DNA of 62,798 bases, filler included, from Choristocarpus tenellus KU-1152 (taxonomy: Eukaryota; Protista; Phaeophyceae), in the NCBI GenBank assembly GCA_964200185.2. It is 7 parts of 7 records of this genome, joined end to end, with 100 filler letters (N's around TTAATTAATTAA, not from the genome) between each part and the next. Parts side by side here need not be neighbours in the genome. Positions count along the whole stretch, not along the records: positions 28,925 to 37,865 come from CAXNAD020004175.1; positions 37,966 to 51,559 come from CAXNAD020001438.1; 5 more parts are not named here. One strand, given 5' to 3'. The notes below the pieces were generated by a model. The model worked only from the letters and a program-made list of their open reading frames with translations. It had not been told where the DNA came from and searched no databases. The position numbers and the translations under genes are program-made. Shown in pieces: positions 29,761-43,712 of this stretch (its first letter is position 1; every line of letters starts with the position of its first letter).

Positions 29761-32700
29761 ATTACTTAGCTAGCTTCTGCACCACCACCACCATCATTTA
29801 GCCTACCCCCCAAGCTCCAGCGCTCTCAATTCTTTCTTCAACATCGCCATCAACTTCGGGCAGCATCAACACATAGTACTATTGCGACATCCTCTCTCTA
29901 CAACAATAACTACAAGTAGTTGAAGCTGCTTGCTACTGCTACCATGACGATTAGTACTACTCTACCTACTAGATATCTGATTAATGGATGGGTGGATGTC
30001 ATCATACAGCGAGAAGTAACATAGCACTACAAAGTTTTAAGGACAATATGCTCAAACGGCAGTAGAGTGCAAAAAACGCATAGAAAAAAAAATACACAAA
30101 AGGTATATTTAAAAAATACAGGGTAAGAACTGCAACCACAGGAAGCCAAAAATCAACCTAACAAAAATGGAACAATATCCAGTCGGTCAAGAAAATAACA
30201 AATAGGAGTGCATAGCAACTATTATAGTAGATTGATACCAACCAACTCCAGCATGAAGGACGACAAATATTTTGAAGAGGGCCATAGTACATGCCATCAT
30301 GTTGGACGCATTGTATGTGTGCCACAGTCACGTGTCTTCAAAAGCGTGCAAAAAATTGTTTACACCCCTTCATCCATGTCACGGACTACCCCAAGATAGC
30401 AGAAGATTTTTTAGCGCCTTTGTGAATCGTATGACGGATTGAATCTCTATGATTCAACTATATTATTAGGAGTAATCGAAACCAAAAATTAAGGGGTAAT
30501 TCACGATCCGACTATTTCGCGCGACTGAGCGATGCGCGAATTGCTCGCAGACTTCGATGATTCAAGTGTTTCCATTCATACATTGCGAGTAAGGTTCGGT
30601 TATGATTGAGTACATCGAAAAAGTACTTTTTGACTTACACTAACTAGTGATAGGGATTCACTACACAAAAATAATAACTATTATATTCCATTATAATACA
30701 CTAGATATAGTAAAATTATAATATTTCAATGATACAATGAACGCTCATTGTTTTTGTTAGTTCGTCATAAACTTGTATGGGTAAATTAAAGAATTGCTTA
30801 TACACCAGATTCAGACACATGGTGTAAGTATCTTTGCGCTTGGGGCAATACCATAGTGCGTGAAGCTTATGCTGATGCGTGGTGATTGCTAGTTGAAAAC
30901 TACTCCAATCCTGTGAAGGCGTTCTAACGGACCCTTCCAATTTCTGTAGTCCCCTTGGGGACAAAACATCATTTTCCTCCTTCTTTCCAGCGTATTATGA
31001 CCACAACTTACAACAATCACCACTCCTACTAACCATAAGTACGTCCCACGCAACTACCATCTGCCTCATCGCTTCGAACTAGAAGAGGTACTTGTACGAA
31101 ACCTCCATCATAAATAATACTATTATGTAGTATATGTGTGATGGATCAAACATACATCGATAATGCTACTACTGTGAATTCTATTATTGTATCCAGTCCA
31201 GCACGTAAGTGAGCTTATAGTCCTCTTCTTTGTTTGCTGCAGCTGCCGCTGTTGCTTGCATATCTCCGTCATCTGCCTGGTTCATCTATTTTTGCCACAG
31301 TGGCTGGGGCTGTGTTGTTGTGCAACGACCTGATGACACCCCCTCACCCGCCCACCAATCTATCATACTTCCCTGGAAGCAAATTTTCTACCACCTACTG
31401 TATGGATAATCTTCTCAATCCCCACGCCCCCAAAGACACGCTAGGAAGGAATCATGTTGATATCTGACGGTCACTCACCCCACTGTCCGGACACACAGAA
31501 TAGTCCTCCTCCTCCTTGATATTCCAGTCCCTGCAACCATCCTCCTCGCTCAGTGCTTCATCTAACCCTTAATCTCCAGCAAGCAAAAAAGGCATCTTGC
31601 TACACAACGTAACAATGAAAACTGAACTACAATTCCTCCCACTTATTTTGTACATATGTGCCACGTGTATTTTGCACTCCCTCCTTTTCCCTCCACTCCT
31701 TCCTACATAGTGTATCTCATCACCTATTCTGCTTCTTACAGCACTATTAGAGGTAGTAATAATACTAGTGAAAATCAACATCAATAATCATGCGAACACT
31801 CTGATAATCATCCCGAACAATCATCCCCGTGTCGTCATGGTGAGATGATCAATTGCTGAATAGATTCAACCAACAAGTATAACCGCAATAGTACTAATAT
31901 TAATACAACAGGAGAAGATTGAGGATAATGATGATAACAACAATAAGAACATGGTACGTTGTTGTAGGACAGAAAAGAAATAGAGCTGATGGTACGATGC
32001 CATTGCTGTTGTTGTTCTAGTTGCATCAAATTCATGGAGAAGAGGTCTAGCACAACCGACAACTTGCAGTTTTTTTACTCAGTCCATTTTTTGAGTGTTT
32101 GAAGTTGTAGTGGAACCGAGGTATTGATATTTTAGCAATATTCTGTATGAGTGATGTATGTGATATGTTTCAAACATAATGATAATCACACACATCACAT
32201 TTAAAACCCACAAGCATTAGAAATACGAGGCCATTAGTTAATTTTCAATTGTGCTGTGCCACTGTTGCTGCTGCTACTACTACAAGTGCAATTAACTATC
32301 AACTAAGTATTTACTACATATGATGGATATACTCCTTAGACTAAGAACTCACAAACAACTTGCCGTAGGCTCATGTCCTAGAATAACAAGGAAGAGAGGG
32401 GAAATTGGGAAAAGAGAAGAAAAAGAAAAATGAGACTGGACGTAGAAGTCTGGACCTACTGGACGTGTTGTTTCATCTCATACATAAAATGCTACCCATA
32501 CCGATATAACACCTGCATAGAACATGAAAAATACTTCATAGTACCAAAAAAAAAAAAAAATCAATGATTACTCAAGGCTACTTAGGTTCTATCAACGCAA
32601 AGTGGCGAAACGCCCATCTTGACCCGGCAGAGACACGAACACAATGTTCCGCGTTGGGTACATAACAGTAGTAGATACGTTATGCCGACGTTGCTCCCTT

Positions 32701-34312
32701 GGGTGCATGCTCCAATCTACCACCAAATTGATCTACATGGTGCACCCGTGTGTTCTATTTCTTGTTGAGATCCTGATTATTGACCCACAAAACCATGTTC
32801 TGACCTGTAATTTTTTTTGTTTGAATACTATCTTAATGGGATGAAATGTTTCCGCCAACGGTATTGGATTGGGGTAATTAGATACTCCAAGTACATTGGA
32901 TAGTAGTATATTATTCTAGGGATATAGGAAAAATAAATGCTCCAAAAGCTCACACACGTTTCTTGCTACGCTCTCTGTCTGAACCTCCCATGTGATGGGG
33001 CAGGTGAACCTCCGAATGTTGTCCCAAGAGACGTAGCAGGCAATATGTAACACCACACAAAAGGGGCCTGTCTATGGAGACGAATACAGCAGTAACAACA
33101 ATAAGACATGGAGGGAAAGGTTTGTGATACTGAGTTCTCCGAATTCCTCATGAAGCAGCAAGGGGCATACTGTTGAGATAACTGTTTCCACCACCACCAC
33201 CACCACTGATATCATAAGTACTACTACCACCACTACTGCACTGATATCCTACTACTGTTTGTAGGACATGGTGAACAGTCTGGATTGGTGAAGTCAGTGA
33301 TGATGGTGGTAGGGCGGGAAGGATCAGATGACAAGGACTCACGGAGCAATGGTGAGGGATAGTGGATAAAGATAATTTAGGTATGATACTGATTGAAACG
33401 TTAGTCGAATAAAATAGTCTCAACAGAGTATAAATCATTCGTCCTTTTTAAAGGGACAAGGTTCGTCACAGTGCCACAAGTTACGAGAATAAGGTTTCGT
33501 TAGTATTCACAAATAACCCGATTTTGGAAAATGACGTATTTCTTTACAGTGCTGTGACCCCTGAATACGAAATCGTCGAATTGAACATCAACAACCACCC
33601 CAATGCCAGGCTCCCTCCAATACACGAAGAAAAGTATCGAAAAACGGCATTCCAGACTTCGTCATTCAACCCCAACCCCAACCTCAACACAAGCTCACAA
33701 TATACACACAAGAAGAGGACAAAAACTAGATGTCAACAAGCTACGAGACACTCCAGCTTTGAATAATCTCAAACCTTATCTATTGTGAGTGGAAATCATT
33801 TTTCATCGCCATCAACATATCTGCTGGACTGGTAACAGCACTTCCTGATGCTCCACTTCCATCAACAATACCTGTGGCTCCATTGGCATCTCCACCTACA
33901 TCTCCCCTCTCTTCATCCCCAGACTCCTGACTGGCAGTGTCACTATCGACCTGTGGGTTGGAGGAAATCCTGCCATACGCCTTGCTGCCAACGACTTAAT
34001 GATGACCCATGTAGAGATTCTTCGCTGCAAGATTCTCAGTATAGAATTCCTGAGCAATAAAGTTGATGAGCCTCTGTATGGATTGTGGCCACCTCTTCTG
34101 CTTCATCTGGGCACCTGACCTCACTCGACATGCTTGTGGAGGGGGGTGCAACACTTGTGTCGAGGTCATGAGGTCCCTTTCCACCAGGATACAACGCTAT
34201 GTATGCTGGATACGTCTCACGGAACACCATACAAGGCAGCGTTTGCCTAGTGGTCATATTGAAGCATTGACTATAGATTGACGTTGTCTCCCACTTTGCT
34301 TTATGTGTATGT

Positions 34313-34315
<3 letters not shown>

Positions 34316-34349
<34 letters not shown>
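34316..34349. repeat. (TA)n microsatellite; others: (CA)n 11129-11149, (CACACT)n 28383-28420, (CACAA)n 7455-7482
   Basis: Direct reading. Confidence 0.9.
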
Positions 34350-34352
<3 letters not shown>

Positions 34353-34619
34353 CAAGAAGCTATGGGAATTGTCCCAATAATTCTATTCGAGTATATTTTC
34401 TCGACGAAATAGTACCACTGACGGTAGCAGCCCACCAACAAAAAATCATCATGATGTGCAGCAAATGACCTTCCAGCTTCTTCTGATCATGATTATTAAT
34501 GGTGTTGTAGTTGCCATAATTTTTCACTACTATCAGCATTAACATCAGCAGTGCTACGGGAAGCAATAGTGAGAGGTGACACAGGTCATGAGGGGGAAGA
34601 GGGAGCAGACCCAAAATAT

Positions 34620-37600
34620 CACACACATTCGAACAAAAACACCGTAGTAGTAATTCTGACAGATGTGCACATCCTCCTCAGGGCTTTGTATTGCCTGAAC
34701 CGACCCCCAGCCCGGTCCAGTTGAGACTCCGGTCGTCCTGCACCGTTCCTGTCAAACATATGTATTACGATGTAGTTTTCAGAGGTAGTCCACAACCTGG
34801 TCTTGTTCAAATTTCTGACAGACAGTCCTGGGCAAAATGGTACGTCAGCCAACATAAAACGTCAATAATTGTTTGTTAGACCCCCCAAAGTGTTCCAGAT
34901 ATAAATATATATATATATGGGAATACGCGTCGTATATATACTAATATATTCCTCTCATCATAGCACGGTTGCTTCAGAGCTGACCACACCAGCTCCGTAC
35001 CACCTACGTTTAAAATGGTCTGCAACCTGGTTCTGTTACATCTCAAAGGCCTTGAATATGTCTATTAAAACAATATTGTCTAGGAGGATAAGCCTGCGAC
35101 CAGTCCTGTCGCATCCACCCTGTCGGGCAAAAAACGGTAGTTCTCCCACTCTCCAACGTCGTTAAAAATACCTCAACGGGGATGCGCACACGCACAAACC
35201 ATGCCAGATTGACTTTTTTGGTTGCTCTCCTTGCCAGGAAGAATTCCAGTAGCGACAGAAAATGAAAATGACTATTTCGTTCCACCTCAAAGAAAAACCA
35301 AGTGCCCTAGGCGATGTTTAAATGTTGATCTCTCTGGTCTTCAATGTCCTACAATGGGTCCAAAGTTTTTCTTGCAGATAAACTAATAATTGACCCTTAC
35401 GCTGGGCGAAGACTGAGTGAGAGGGTATCGAGTGATTGTGCAAAAATGTAGACTCGTATTCGCAGGGTCAGTTGCACCTATGGGGGATGAGAACGACTTC
35501 CCAAGGTGATGTTTGGGGAGCTTACATATGGAAAGTGGAAGCAAGGTAGACAGGAGATGAACTGGCGGATATGTCTGCAAGACGGCCTCTAGATGTTTGT
35601 GGGATCGCAGATGAGGGATGGTGAGTCAAAGTAAAGGAGAGGTACCCAGAGTTACATATTAAGGATGCTAACAATTGCTTTCAAAATTCGGCATTTTTTA
35701 CAGATGCGTACAGAATAATTTCCGAATTGTGTCAAAAAATTCGAAACAATAGAGAAATCAAACCTCTCAAGTCAAACTCAGCACTTCATCCATGGAAATA
35801 TGGATGGATTCCAAAGATTGAAAACTGGCTTATGGTGCAAAACGCCCCAAAAGTGAGTACCTCTCGTTTACTTTGAGTCTGGTATACAAGGGCAACAAAC
35901 CAACACAGGCGGCACAAGTGCGTGTTTGGTGACACAACAATCGTCGTGACAGGGTGGCATTCCAAGGAAAGTGTAATAGCTGATAAACGTCATGTAATAG
36001 CATCAGCAAATGAAGTCCCAGCAAACACCAACACAACTGCCTGCTGAATGCGGCCTTCTCAGTAGAGTTCTCTCTTGTGGTTGCTTTTTTCATCCCTCCT
36101 TTTCTCGGTACGTTTTGTTTCCTTTGTGCTACAACAATAGTGATACTAACATTCCCTCTCGTCCTTACAATTCGATGACAACACCTGGGAGCTGAATGGA
36201 GCTGATGAACTCATCTCCTCGCACAAGTTCAAAAACGAAAAAATAACCCCATGTCAAATTTGTCGTCAGAGAAGATGACACTATTCATCATGCTAAGGCA
36301 GGTGGGACCAGCGTCAAGCAGGGACAAAAGGAGGAAAGTAATCATCCGGTTACTGGCATGTTAGAAAAGGTGAGGATTCTAATTGTTGGCGCATCTTTCT
36401 TCAGATCGAGGTTCAATTGAGCTGAGGACATCCGTTCCATTAACTTAATTTGATCCCACAGCTGCTAATATCGTAGTTGCTCTTTGCGTCACGTACATTG
36501 TTCGTTTTCATATAACTCCATTGCACAATAGTACACTTCTCCAGCTCTCACCAATGCCCCTCTCTCCTGTGCACATAGTCTGCTTTGGGGTCATGGTGTA
36601 CCAAGACACCCCGTGCAAGCATCAAGCGGGTGATGTCACCAACAACTTTATTGAATTGCCCACCTCACGCATTCATGGACCAGGACTTGTCGCAAAAAAA
36701 GTGCTCCTCTATCCAACTGTCACAACACCATACAAATTTCTCTTACACCAGGTACACACAGTTTCTCAATTTTACAACGTTAGATACACTGGAGTATGGT
36801 GTCAGATGGCAAATTATCCGCGTATATGACAAGGGTTGCCTTTTTCCATGCAAAGGGTGGGGATTTCAATGCACACAAGATGTAGGTACATGTAATGCCT
36901 GTGATCATGCCGTAGCACTAGGTGGACTGAATAATGACATCTACTCTTCTAGTTATACACATCACTTAGGAGGTAGGCATATCAGGTTACGCTAATCCAT
37001 ATATCGAGGACTGAAGGTATAGACTTGATACAGTGTATGCCTTCAAGCTTAGAGACGTGTGAGTGTGGGGGACGAGCTGACTATCTTGCTGTCCTCACTG
37101 TAACCAAGTTGGTATTGTATATAGTATCCCAAACTTCGTACATACTTTCACAGGATGGGGTTATATGGAGGAATACGGGAATACGTATCTTCTTTCTGAG
37201 GGAGAGAGAACATTTTTTGGAGGGGTTATTACATGATGGTACGTTTCTTATGCGGAAGTCTGGCCATGCGTATACTTCAAACATATATTGTGATTGTGGT
37301 TAATTGGGAAGGGTAGGCCTAGAGTGAGACATACATTTTTCAGCAAAAGTACAAACATAGTCAATCACAATTATATATATACATATATACAACATTGGTC
37401 AAGTTCAAAATACTTTCAGCTAGTTCTACATGCTTTCAGATGGAGTCTTGCCATGGATTGTTGGTTGGACAGGGAGTAAGACAGTATGCAAGAAAAAAAG
37501 AGGGAGGTTAGTGGTTGTCAGGGGCATGGGCGAGGCATGGTTCACCTTACCCACAAGAAGAGTCAAGTCTGTTTTGCTGGGGTCACATGAGTGCACGTGT

Positions 37601-37780
37601 GTATGGAAAGAGGGCCCCTCCCCCAACTTGTATTTCTCCAGTGATACAATGAAACAAAATAATGTCATTCCATGATGTTTCGTCTTGGAGCAAAGGACTC
37701 TGGTACAACAAGAAATGTAACTTCCAAAATGGCATCTTCAAGCGGATCGATCAAGGTAGATAATGCCCTGTTCCTTTGAG
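34620..37780 (-). mobile_element. Highly degenerate Ty3/Gypsy pol relic
   Basis: Weak motifs in Gypsy order on minus: STLID (protease-like, ~37760), RILTF..PPF..LDAG (RT-RNaseH junction, ~36380-36310), IHMFDRNGAGRPES (integrase tail-like, ~34760). Many stops and frameshifts. Confidence 0.35.
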
Positions 37781-37795
37781 TTGAGAAGACAATTA

Positions 37796-37865
37796 GGCTC
37801 AAAGTATCTGGGAGGGGGTGGCGGCTGTCCATTTGGAGTCAATTTTTGTATGTCGCGATTTTTGG
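37796..37865. mobile_element. MITE family B end at contig edge (other edge fragments: 16902-16920, 28925-28995, 59797-59837, ~62774-62798)
   Basis: GGCTCAAAGTATCTGGGAGGGGGTGGCGGCTGTCCATTTGG, exact reverse complement of 59797-59837. Confidence 0.85.
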
Positions 37866-38198
37866 NNNNNNNNNNNNNNNNNNNNNNNNNNNNNNNNNNN
37901 NNNNNNNNNTTAATTAATTAANNNNNNNNNNNNNNNNNNNNNNNNNNNNNNNNNNNNNNNNNNNNGGTGTGGGCGTTGGCTGGAAATCAGTGACGAAAGG
38001 GGATCGCATTGGTTGGCCATCGCAAAGGGGGGGGGGGACAGCAAAGCAGTGGCGAAAAGGTCGCACTATGTGGTCATAAGTGGGGTTACAATGGGGAGAA
38101 AAAGGGGAATGGTTGGAATGCAAACAGATAATTAAAAAAAACACAGAATCCGTGAGCAAAACAAAACATTGTATACAGGATACAATATTATTTTTATC

Positions 38199-38447
38199 CC
38201 TCTTAACATTTTGCAGATGTGTCAGTGGAAAGACCAATAAAAATCCAATGAAATATCAGAATTCCTGAAAAAGTCACATTTGTTGTAAATGCGAAAGACA
38301 TTTTTCTATTTACTATTTTACTACCAGCTGTCTTACACCAATGACCTCCTATGCCTCCAACCTAGCTTAGCCCTAGACCCCAGGGTGAGGAGCTAGGGAA
38401 GCATCCCAAGAATCTAACAAGCCCCTACTTGCCTATCTCCCTGGTGT
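38199..38447 (+). repeat. ~250-270-bp dispersed repeat, copy 1
   Basis: Collinear with 43390-43647 (aacatttt..agatgtgtca, gcctccaacctag, aagcatcccaagaatcta). Confidence 0.85.
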
Positions 38448-38499
38448 CTCCAGCTTAAAAGCGCATGGCGTGTCTTGATAGAGGTACTTGTGTTGTGAC

Positions 38500-39330
38500 G
38501 GACACTTATCTGTCGTAAACGCACATTTGTATGTATACTTCCTAGTGTCAGAGTATAGTGTAAGTATATTGTTTTTGTGGACAAATCATCGTTCGCCATG
38601 AACACATCTCACATAAAAAATGTAAAATATTCTAGATATTTATGGATGGTCGGACGGTTTAAACAATAATTAGGTCTTATTCTCATCTCGAAAGTAAGTT
38701 CCTTTACGATGATGTTGCCAATTTCTTCACGGCGTAAAACATTGGAATCCCTCCTAATGCCCATACTACATCGCATCCCAAGCACGTGGGACTGTTTGAG
38801 GTCAACAGCTAGGGGAAGTGACTTTGCCACTCTGGTTGTCCTGCTCCTATTGCCACCTTTAAGGTGAGGAAGGGGTTTTTCCTGTGGTGAGTGCTCTGTC
38901 GTTTCATTAGTCTTGGTGTCTTTCGCCTGCCTTTCCTGTTTGCGAAGCTGAGTTTACGTGTCATGTAAACTTCCTTTAAAATCAATGCCTAAAACCACAC
39001 TACCCTTCTTGGCCTCTTGTTTGCACAACTGCGGCACTCTTCCTCTCGGCAAGAAGTGCAGAACAAGAGGAGGCACGGTAGTTGTGTAAAGTTGTAACTG
39101 ACTCGACGTTTGACCATCCTTCAGACTTCTACCTCCCCACCCTCTCCCTCGTGCTTGTTGACCGACTCTTCTCACAACGTTTTGATCTTATCTGGCGATC
39201 CTGTAGAGAACCACAAGGAGATGACAGTTTCGCGGTGGATCCAAACAAGATAACTTCTCTATCGACTACCAAACGATCAATAATGTGCAAGCAAAACTGG
39301 CATGAACAAGGCTTTTGTTCAGTGCTGCAT
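38500..39330 (-). pseudogene. Degenerate retrotransposon gag-like relic
   Basis: Broken frames with a decayed knuckle-like segment (FQCF../EEIGNIIVKE) near the diverged LTR; many stops. Confidence 0.3.
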
Positions 39331-39648
39331 TATATTCACCATCTCCAAACAAGTCTACACCACGTCCCGTAAATGTTTCCATGCCGAGTGTCCCGCACTG
39401 GCCCTACCTCCCACCCGAAGTACCGACACCAATCGCAAGTCCGAGAGGATCTGCCGTTTGCTGACATCAGCTCCCTGACACCGTTGAGAGGAGGCTCCTT
39501 CTCATCCTTCCTTCTGACCGAATTTTCACTGGTTTTCTGTTCAGTCCTCTCCATTCAACTTCTAACTTGGGAGCTAACTGGTTTAAACTTGTCTCTCGAA
39601 CCTTCCTTCGAGTTTGGCACAGTTGCAGGCCACAGTCTTACGGAACTC

Positions 39649-39983
39649 TGTGCTATTTCCCTTGGGAGGTAATGCTATTTATCAGTAGTAAAGACAAGAA
39701 GGTGTGAAGCCTCACACGGTTCCCCATTGCTGAACGTGATTACATGGTTGAAATTAGAAGAGTGGCCTCTATGGGGTGTCTTCTCATTGCTTTATTATTA
39801 TTTGTGCTTCCTACATAAGTCAACGATTATGTCGAAGTAGTTGAATGCAAAATAAAAAGCCCATACATATTCCCATTCGTCATCTTGTTGTACTTTCTCA
39901 TTAGTTACATCACATGTACTCAATCAAAATGTTAATCTCTCATACACAAAATGAGGTACACCTCACTATTGTCCTATTGTGTG
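39649..39983 (-). repeat. Diverged LTR of the same copia family
   Basis: Collinear with 61828-62174 (cttgggaggtaatgctattt, ggtgtgaagcctcacacg, ggttgaaattagaagagtg, aggtacacctcactattgtcctatt). No PBS or TSD recognisable. Confidence 0.85.
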
Positions 39984-40268
39984 TCGGTTCTCCCCACCAG
40001 GAGCTTCAACATTCAGCCTTAAGCAATTCCAGGTTGGACTCCAAATGTTATTGATGGCGTGCTAATAATCTTCATTCAGGGTTTTTATTTTTCCCATTCT
40101 CCCCTCCTCGGTTGGTTGATCTTCCCTCCCTTAACAACCTAAATCGAGGGACCTTCAGATGAACCTTTCGCCATTATTTTTTTTGCATCAAGAGATTAGA
40201 CCTGGCCCTACCCACCCTAGAGAAACACCATACATCCTGCCTTTATAAAACAGGGTCAAATTCCTACT

Positions 40269-40526
40269 GAGCCAAAGTATCTTAGGGGGTAGAGCCGTGT
40301 TCATTTGAGGACCAAAATCCAATGTTGCGATTTTGATGTAATTTCGGCTATCGTATTTGTTAGGAAGTGTCAATATCCTCGTTCCCGTCACACCTTTTCA
40401 TAACGCATGCATTTTACCTAATCCGAAAAAATTGGAATTGGAAAATGTAATAAAAAAAATAATGGGAAGCCAAGTCCCAAAAGGACAAATAGTGTAAAAC
40501 TTGTACCCTCTAAGATACTTTTAATC
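40269..40526 (+). mobile_element. MITE family A copy
   Basis: GAGCCAAAGTATCTTAGGGGGTAG...GTACCCTCTAAGATACTTT. Confidence 0.88.
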
Positions 40527-43389
40527 TATTTTCTTTCAGTAATTTTCACTCTGCCCAATCCTTTTATAGGAATTGGAACTAATTTAACCTTCAGCGTTCT
40601 TTAATAGCAACCCTGGTCTCCTGTGATCTGGAGTAATGAGGTCCAGTATCTACCCGTTCCAATCTTCATGGATGTCTGTGGCAGCAGAAATTATGTACCC
40701 ACGTACGAGGTGTATAATCAACTTCCGCTGAACTTAACATATTTGTTATTCCAGAAGGTCACCGAGAGAATTTAGGGGATCTCAATGATTTCCTGCTTAA
40801 GGAATCGAACCTATAGAAAGTAATCGCCACCCCGAACATGTACATCATTCGTTTATTCGAGGAATGGGAGAAACGAGGATGGAGATGAAAAGGAGGTGCG
40901 TGTGAATGTTCTCTCGTCAATGCTTGGTTTGAAGGGGTAAGACCTTGATCACCCCTCGTGTGTTTAGAACAATTTAAATGTTTTGTAGGGTGTGATTAAA
41001 AGTATGTGTGCGTCACCTTCTTTCTAGGCAGATTTATTTTTCTGAGTGACTTTGTTATCTAGAAAGAGTAGCATCCTGTAGTATTTGTTGCGGGGTCGAC
41101 CCCCCCTGCTTAGAGGAATCCTTTTTGAAGTGGGAAAAGTAGAGTTTTCCCCACACAACAATGTCAGAGTGATCTTCTTATATTCAGCCTTTTCTGAGGG
41201 CATGACTACCTCGGGCTCCTCGTCTCTACTTGGCACAACAGTGGTAGTAGTGGTGATAAGGGAGACAAGTAACCATTGTGAAAAGAATACGAGGGTGGGG
41301 AAATTATCTAGAGGGGGAGCTGCTGGTGCTCCTGATTCTCAGGGTGAGGAGAGAGAGGAGGGGCAGGATTGGGCATTTTCTGCAGGCTTCGAGTGGTCTG
41401 TAGCATCTGTAAATAAGAGTGAGGCCGGGGGGGAGAGGAGTATTGCCAGTACCAACAACAAATATAAAGTACTTGGAAGTAGTACATTTCCATCAATGTC
41501 ATTGTCCTTTCCATGTTATTACTATCATATTTCTCAACAATGAACGAATAATGGCTGGCACATTGCTAACTCGTTCGTTGACATGGCTTTTCATCCTGTT
41601 CATTACTTCTCTTGTTCTAGCACCTTCATTCAGATTACGTGGAATTATTTCAACCTACATGTACACACGGAAATGCCCAGATGGTGACTGGGTACTCATG
41701 ACCACAATAAGTATATGCCTTCAGATCAGGGGGAAAAATTGAGAGTATCGTAATTAAAACATCCTGCCTCCATCGATTTCCTCGTGGGTGTTTTTTGACC
41801 TGCCCGAAATCCTATCTGATAGCTACTACATGAACAACATACAGCACCTCCTCCCTGCACTGCAGTGTCTCCCTCTCCGCCTTCTTATCACCACGCTAAC
41901 CTCGTTAAATTTGTTCAAGGTATTCCGCACTTCTACAGTACACCAGCATCATCAACAATACCTCCTTTTTTCCAATCTCTATTGTTACCATTTGCTTACA
42001 TCTGTTTTGTTTGCTATGTGTGTCAAGGAACCTGACACACACCCGCCTGACCACGTCAAGAAAATTCGCTAAATGCCCGTTTACGAGTTAGAGAACTGGA
42101 CCACCAATAGCGCATGTTCCACTTTCGACGATCTCGACATGAACAGGGTCAGCTTTGAACTGACCCTTGTTCAACTAGAGAGGGCGCAGAAGTTGGCGTT
42201 AAATGTGCACTGTGAGTGTGGAGGAGGAGTGGAACCAGTCACCCATCTACTTACCAGATTATCAGATGGAAAAGACTATACACACACATTTTTGTTATGT
42301 TTTTAGCAATTTTTTTTTTCTTCTGTATGCCTACTGTATTATAATATTAATAACATGAATGATGTTGACCAAGATGAGTGGGGTGGTGAATCTTCCTATG
42401 GATTGCAAAAAATTTAAATACAATTGTATTATTGGATTTCCAATAAGATGATTTGATGGCTCAAAGCTTTAATGCAGCATTTTTCACTGTCAGATTTCTA
42501 GTGACTCAATTCTCAAAGAAACAGGCAATCTCATTTTTTGTCCATCCGATGTCGATAATGTGCAGGACGCAAAAACCCCAGCACTCTCTGCATACACAGT
42601 AATGAATCTTACATTAATTTTAAATACGAACCATGACTGATGCGCCAGTCCTTACATCCACCTTAGCTATTGCTATCTAGTGAGTAACATCAGACCTCCC
42701 CCGACTTGCTAGGACACACCAACCAGGAGGGTAGTGATGAACGTGGCAAGAAGTGCCCAAACGATCATTGTTGACCTGCTGCAACAGACTCCAATACTGG
42801 TATTGAAGAACCTCGTTGCAAGTTACCATCTTCACTTACCAGAGTGAGAGGTGACTGGATAGGTCGAGTTTTGAGGATTCGACGGTCTCAAAGAGAAGAG
42901 ATGAAGGAACATCATTTGCCTTGTATGTGATCGTGGGGTTGTACATGTGCAATATAGAATAGGTATTCTACAGGGCCTTATGTTTTTGGTGACCAGTGCT
43001 ATACAACAGAAGTATTGCCTGAATGAAGTAAGTGTCAATGACTTGTTTCCGTGTGCTTATAGTAACAGGCTCGTGTCTCGATGGATTGATTTCTTATTTT
43101 TGTTTAATGTAAGTGGCTGACGTAGTGCGACTGACACAGACACATTTTTGATGTGTCTGCTGACGTGTGCAATAGATAATAAGAGAAAGCACCTCTACAC
43201 CGAGGGCAGTGCTTACTCCGCTAATAAATGCATCCATACCACATAATGCAAAGACTCTATTGAAATAGCTCTCTCTTGCATAGTACATATCGCTTCTTAT
43301 CAAATCACGCATTGTATAACATCGTAGACGATCGTTTTATTCGAACGACTAGTGGCTTATGTACAAGTATTACATACTTTTGTTATCAT

Positions 43390-43702
43390 GCCCTCCAACA
43401 TTTTAGAGATGTGTCACGGGAAAAACCAATAAAAAAATTCAAATGCCAGAGGAACCCCTAAAAAAGAAACAGTTGTCGTAAATGTGAAAGACATTCTTCT
43501 ATCATCTACTTCCTATTTTACTATCAGCTATGCTACACCGCTACCTTCCTGTGCCTCCAACCTAGTTTAGTCCTGCACCCTAGAGTGAGAAGCTAGAGAA
43601 GCATCCCAAGAATCTACCAAGTCTCTCCTTACCCATCTCCCTTGTGTAATATATTATTCCGCCCTCTAACATTTTCCAGATGTGTCAGGGAAAAAGCCAA
43701 TT
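43390..43702 (+). repeat. Same repeat, copy 2 plus the start of a tandem third unit
   Basis: Unit restarts at ~43661 (gccctctaacattttccagatgtgtca) and ends just before the GGTACC element. Confidence 0.8.
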
Positions 43703-43712
43703 AATGGAAGGT

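Noticed and set aside
30421-30663. Small MITE with GTGAATC...GATTCAC ends
   Set aside because: Only ~7 bp of perfect complementarity, no TSD, single copy in the window.
33790-34200. Exon or transposase C-terminal fragment on the minus strand
   Set aside because: Coding-like composition, but it has an in-frame stop and no assignable motif.
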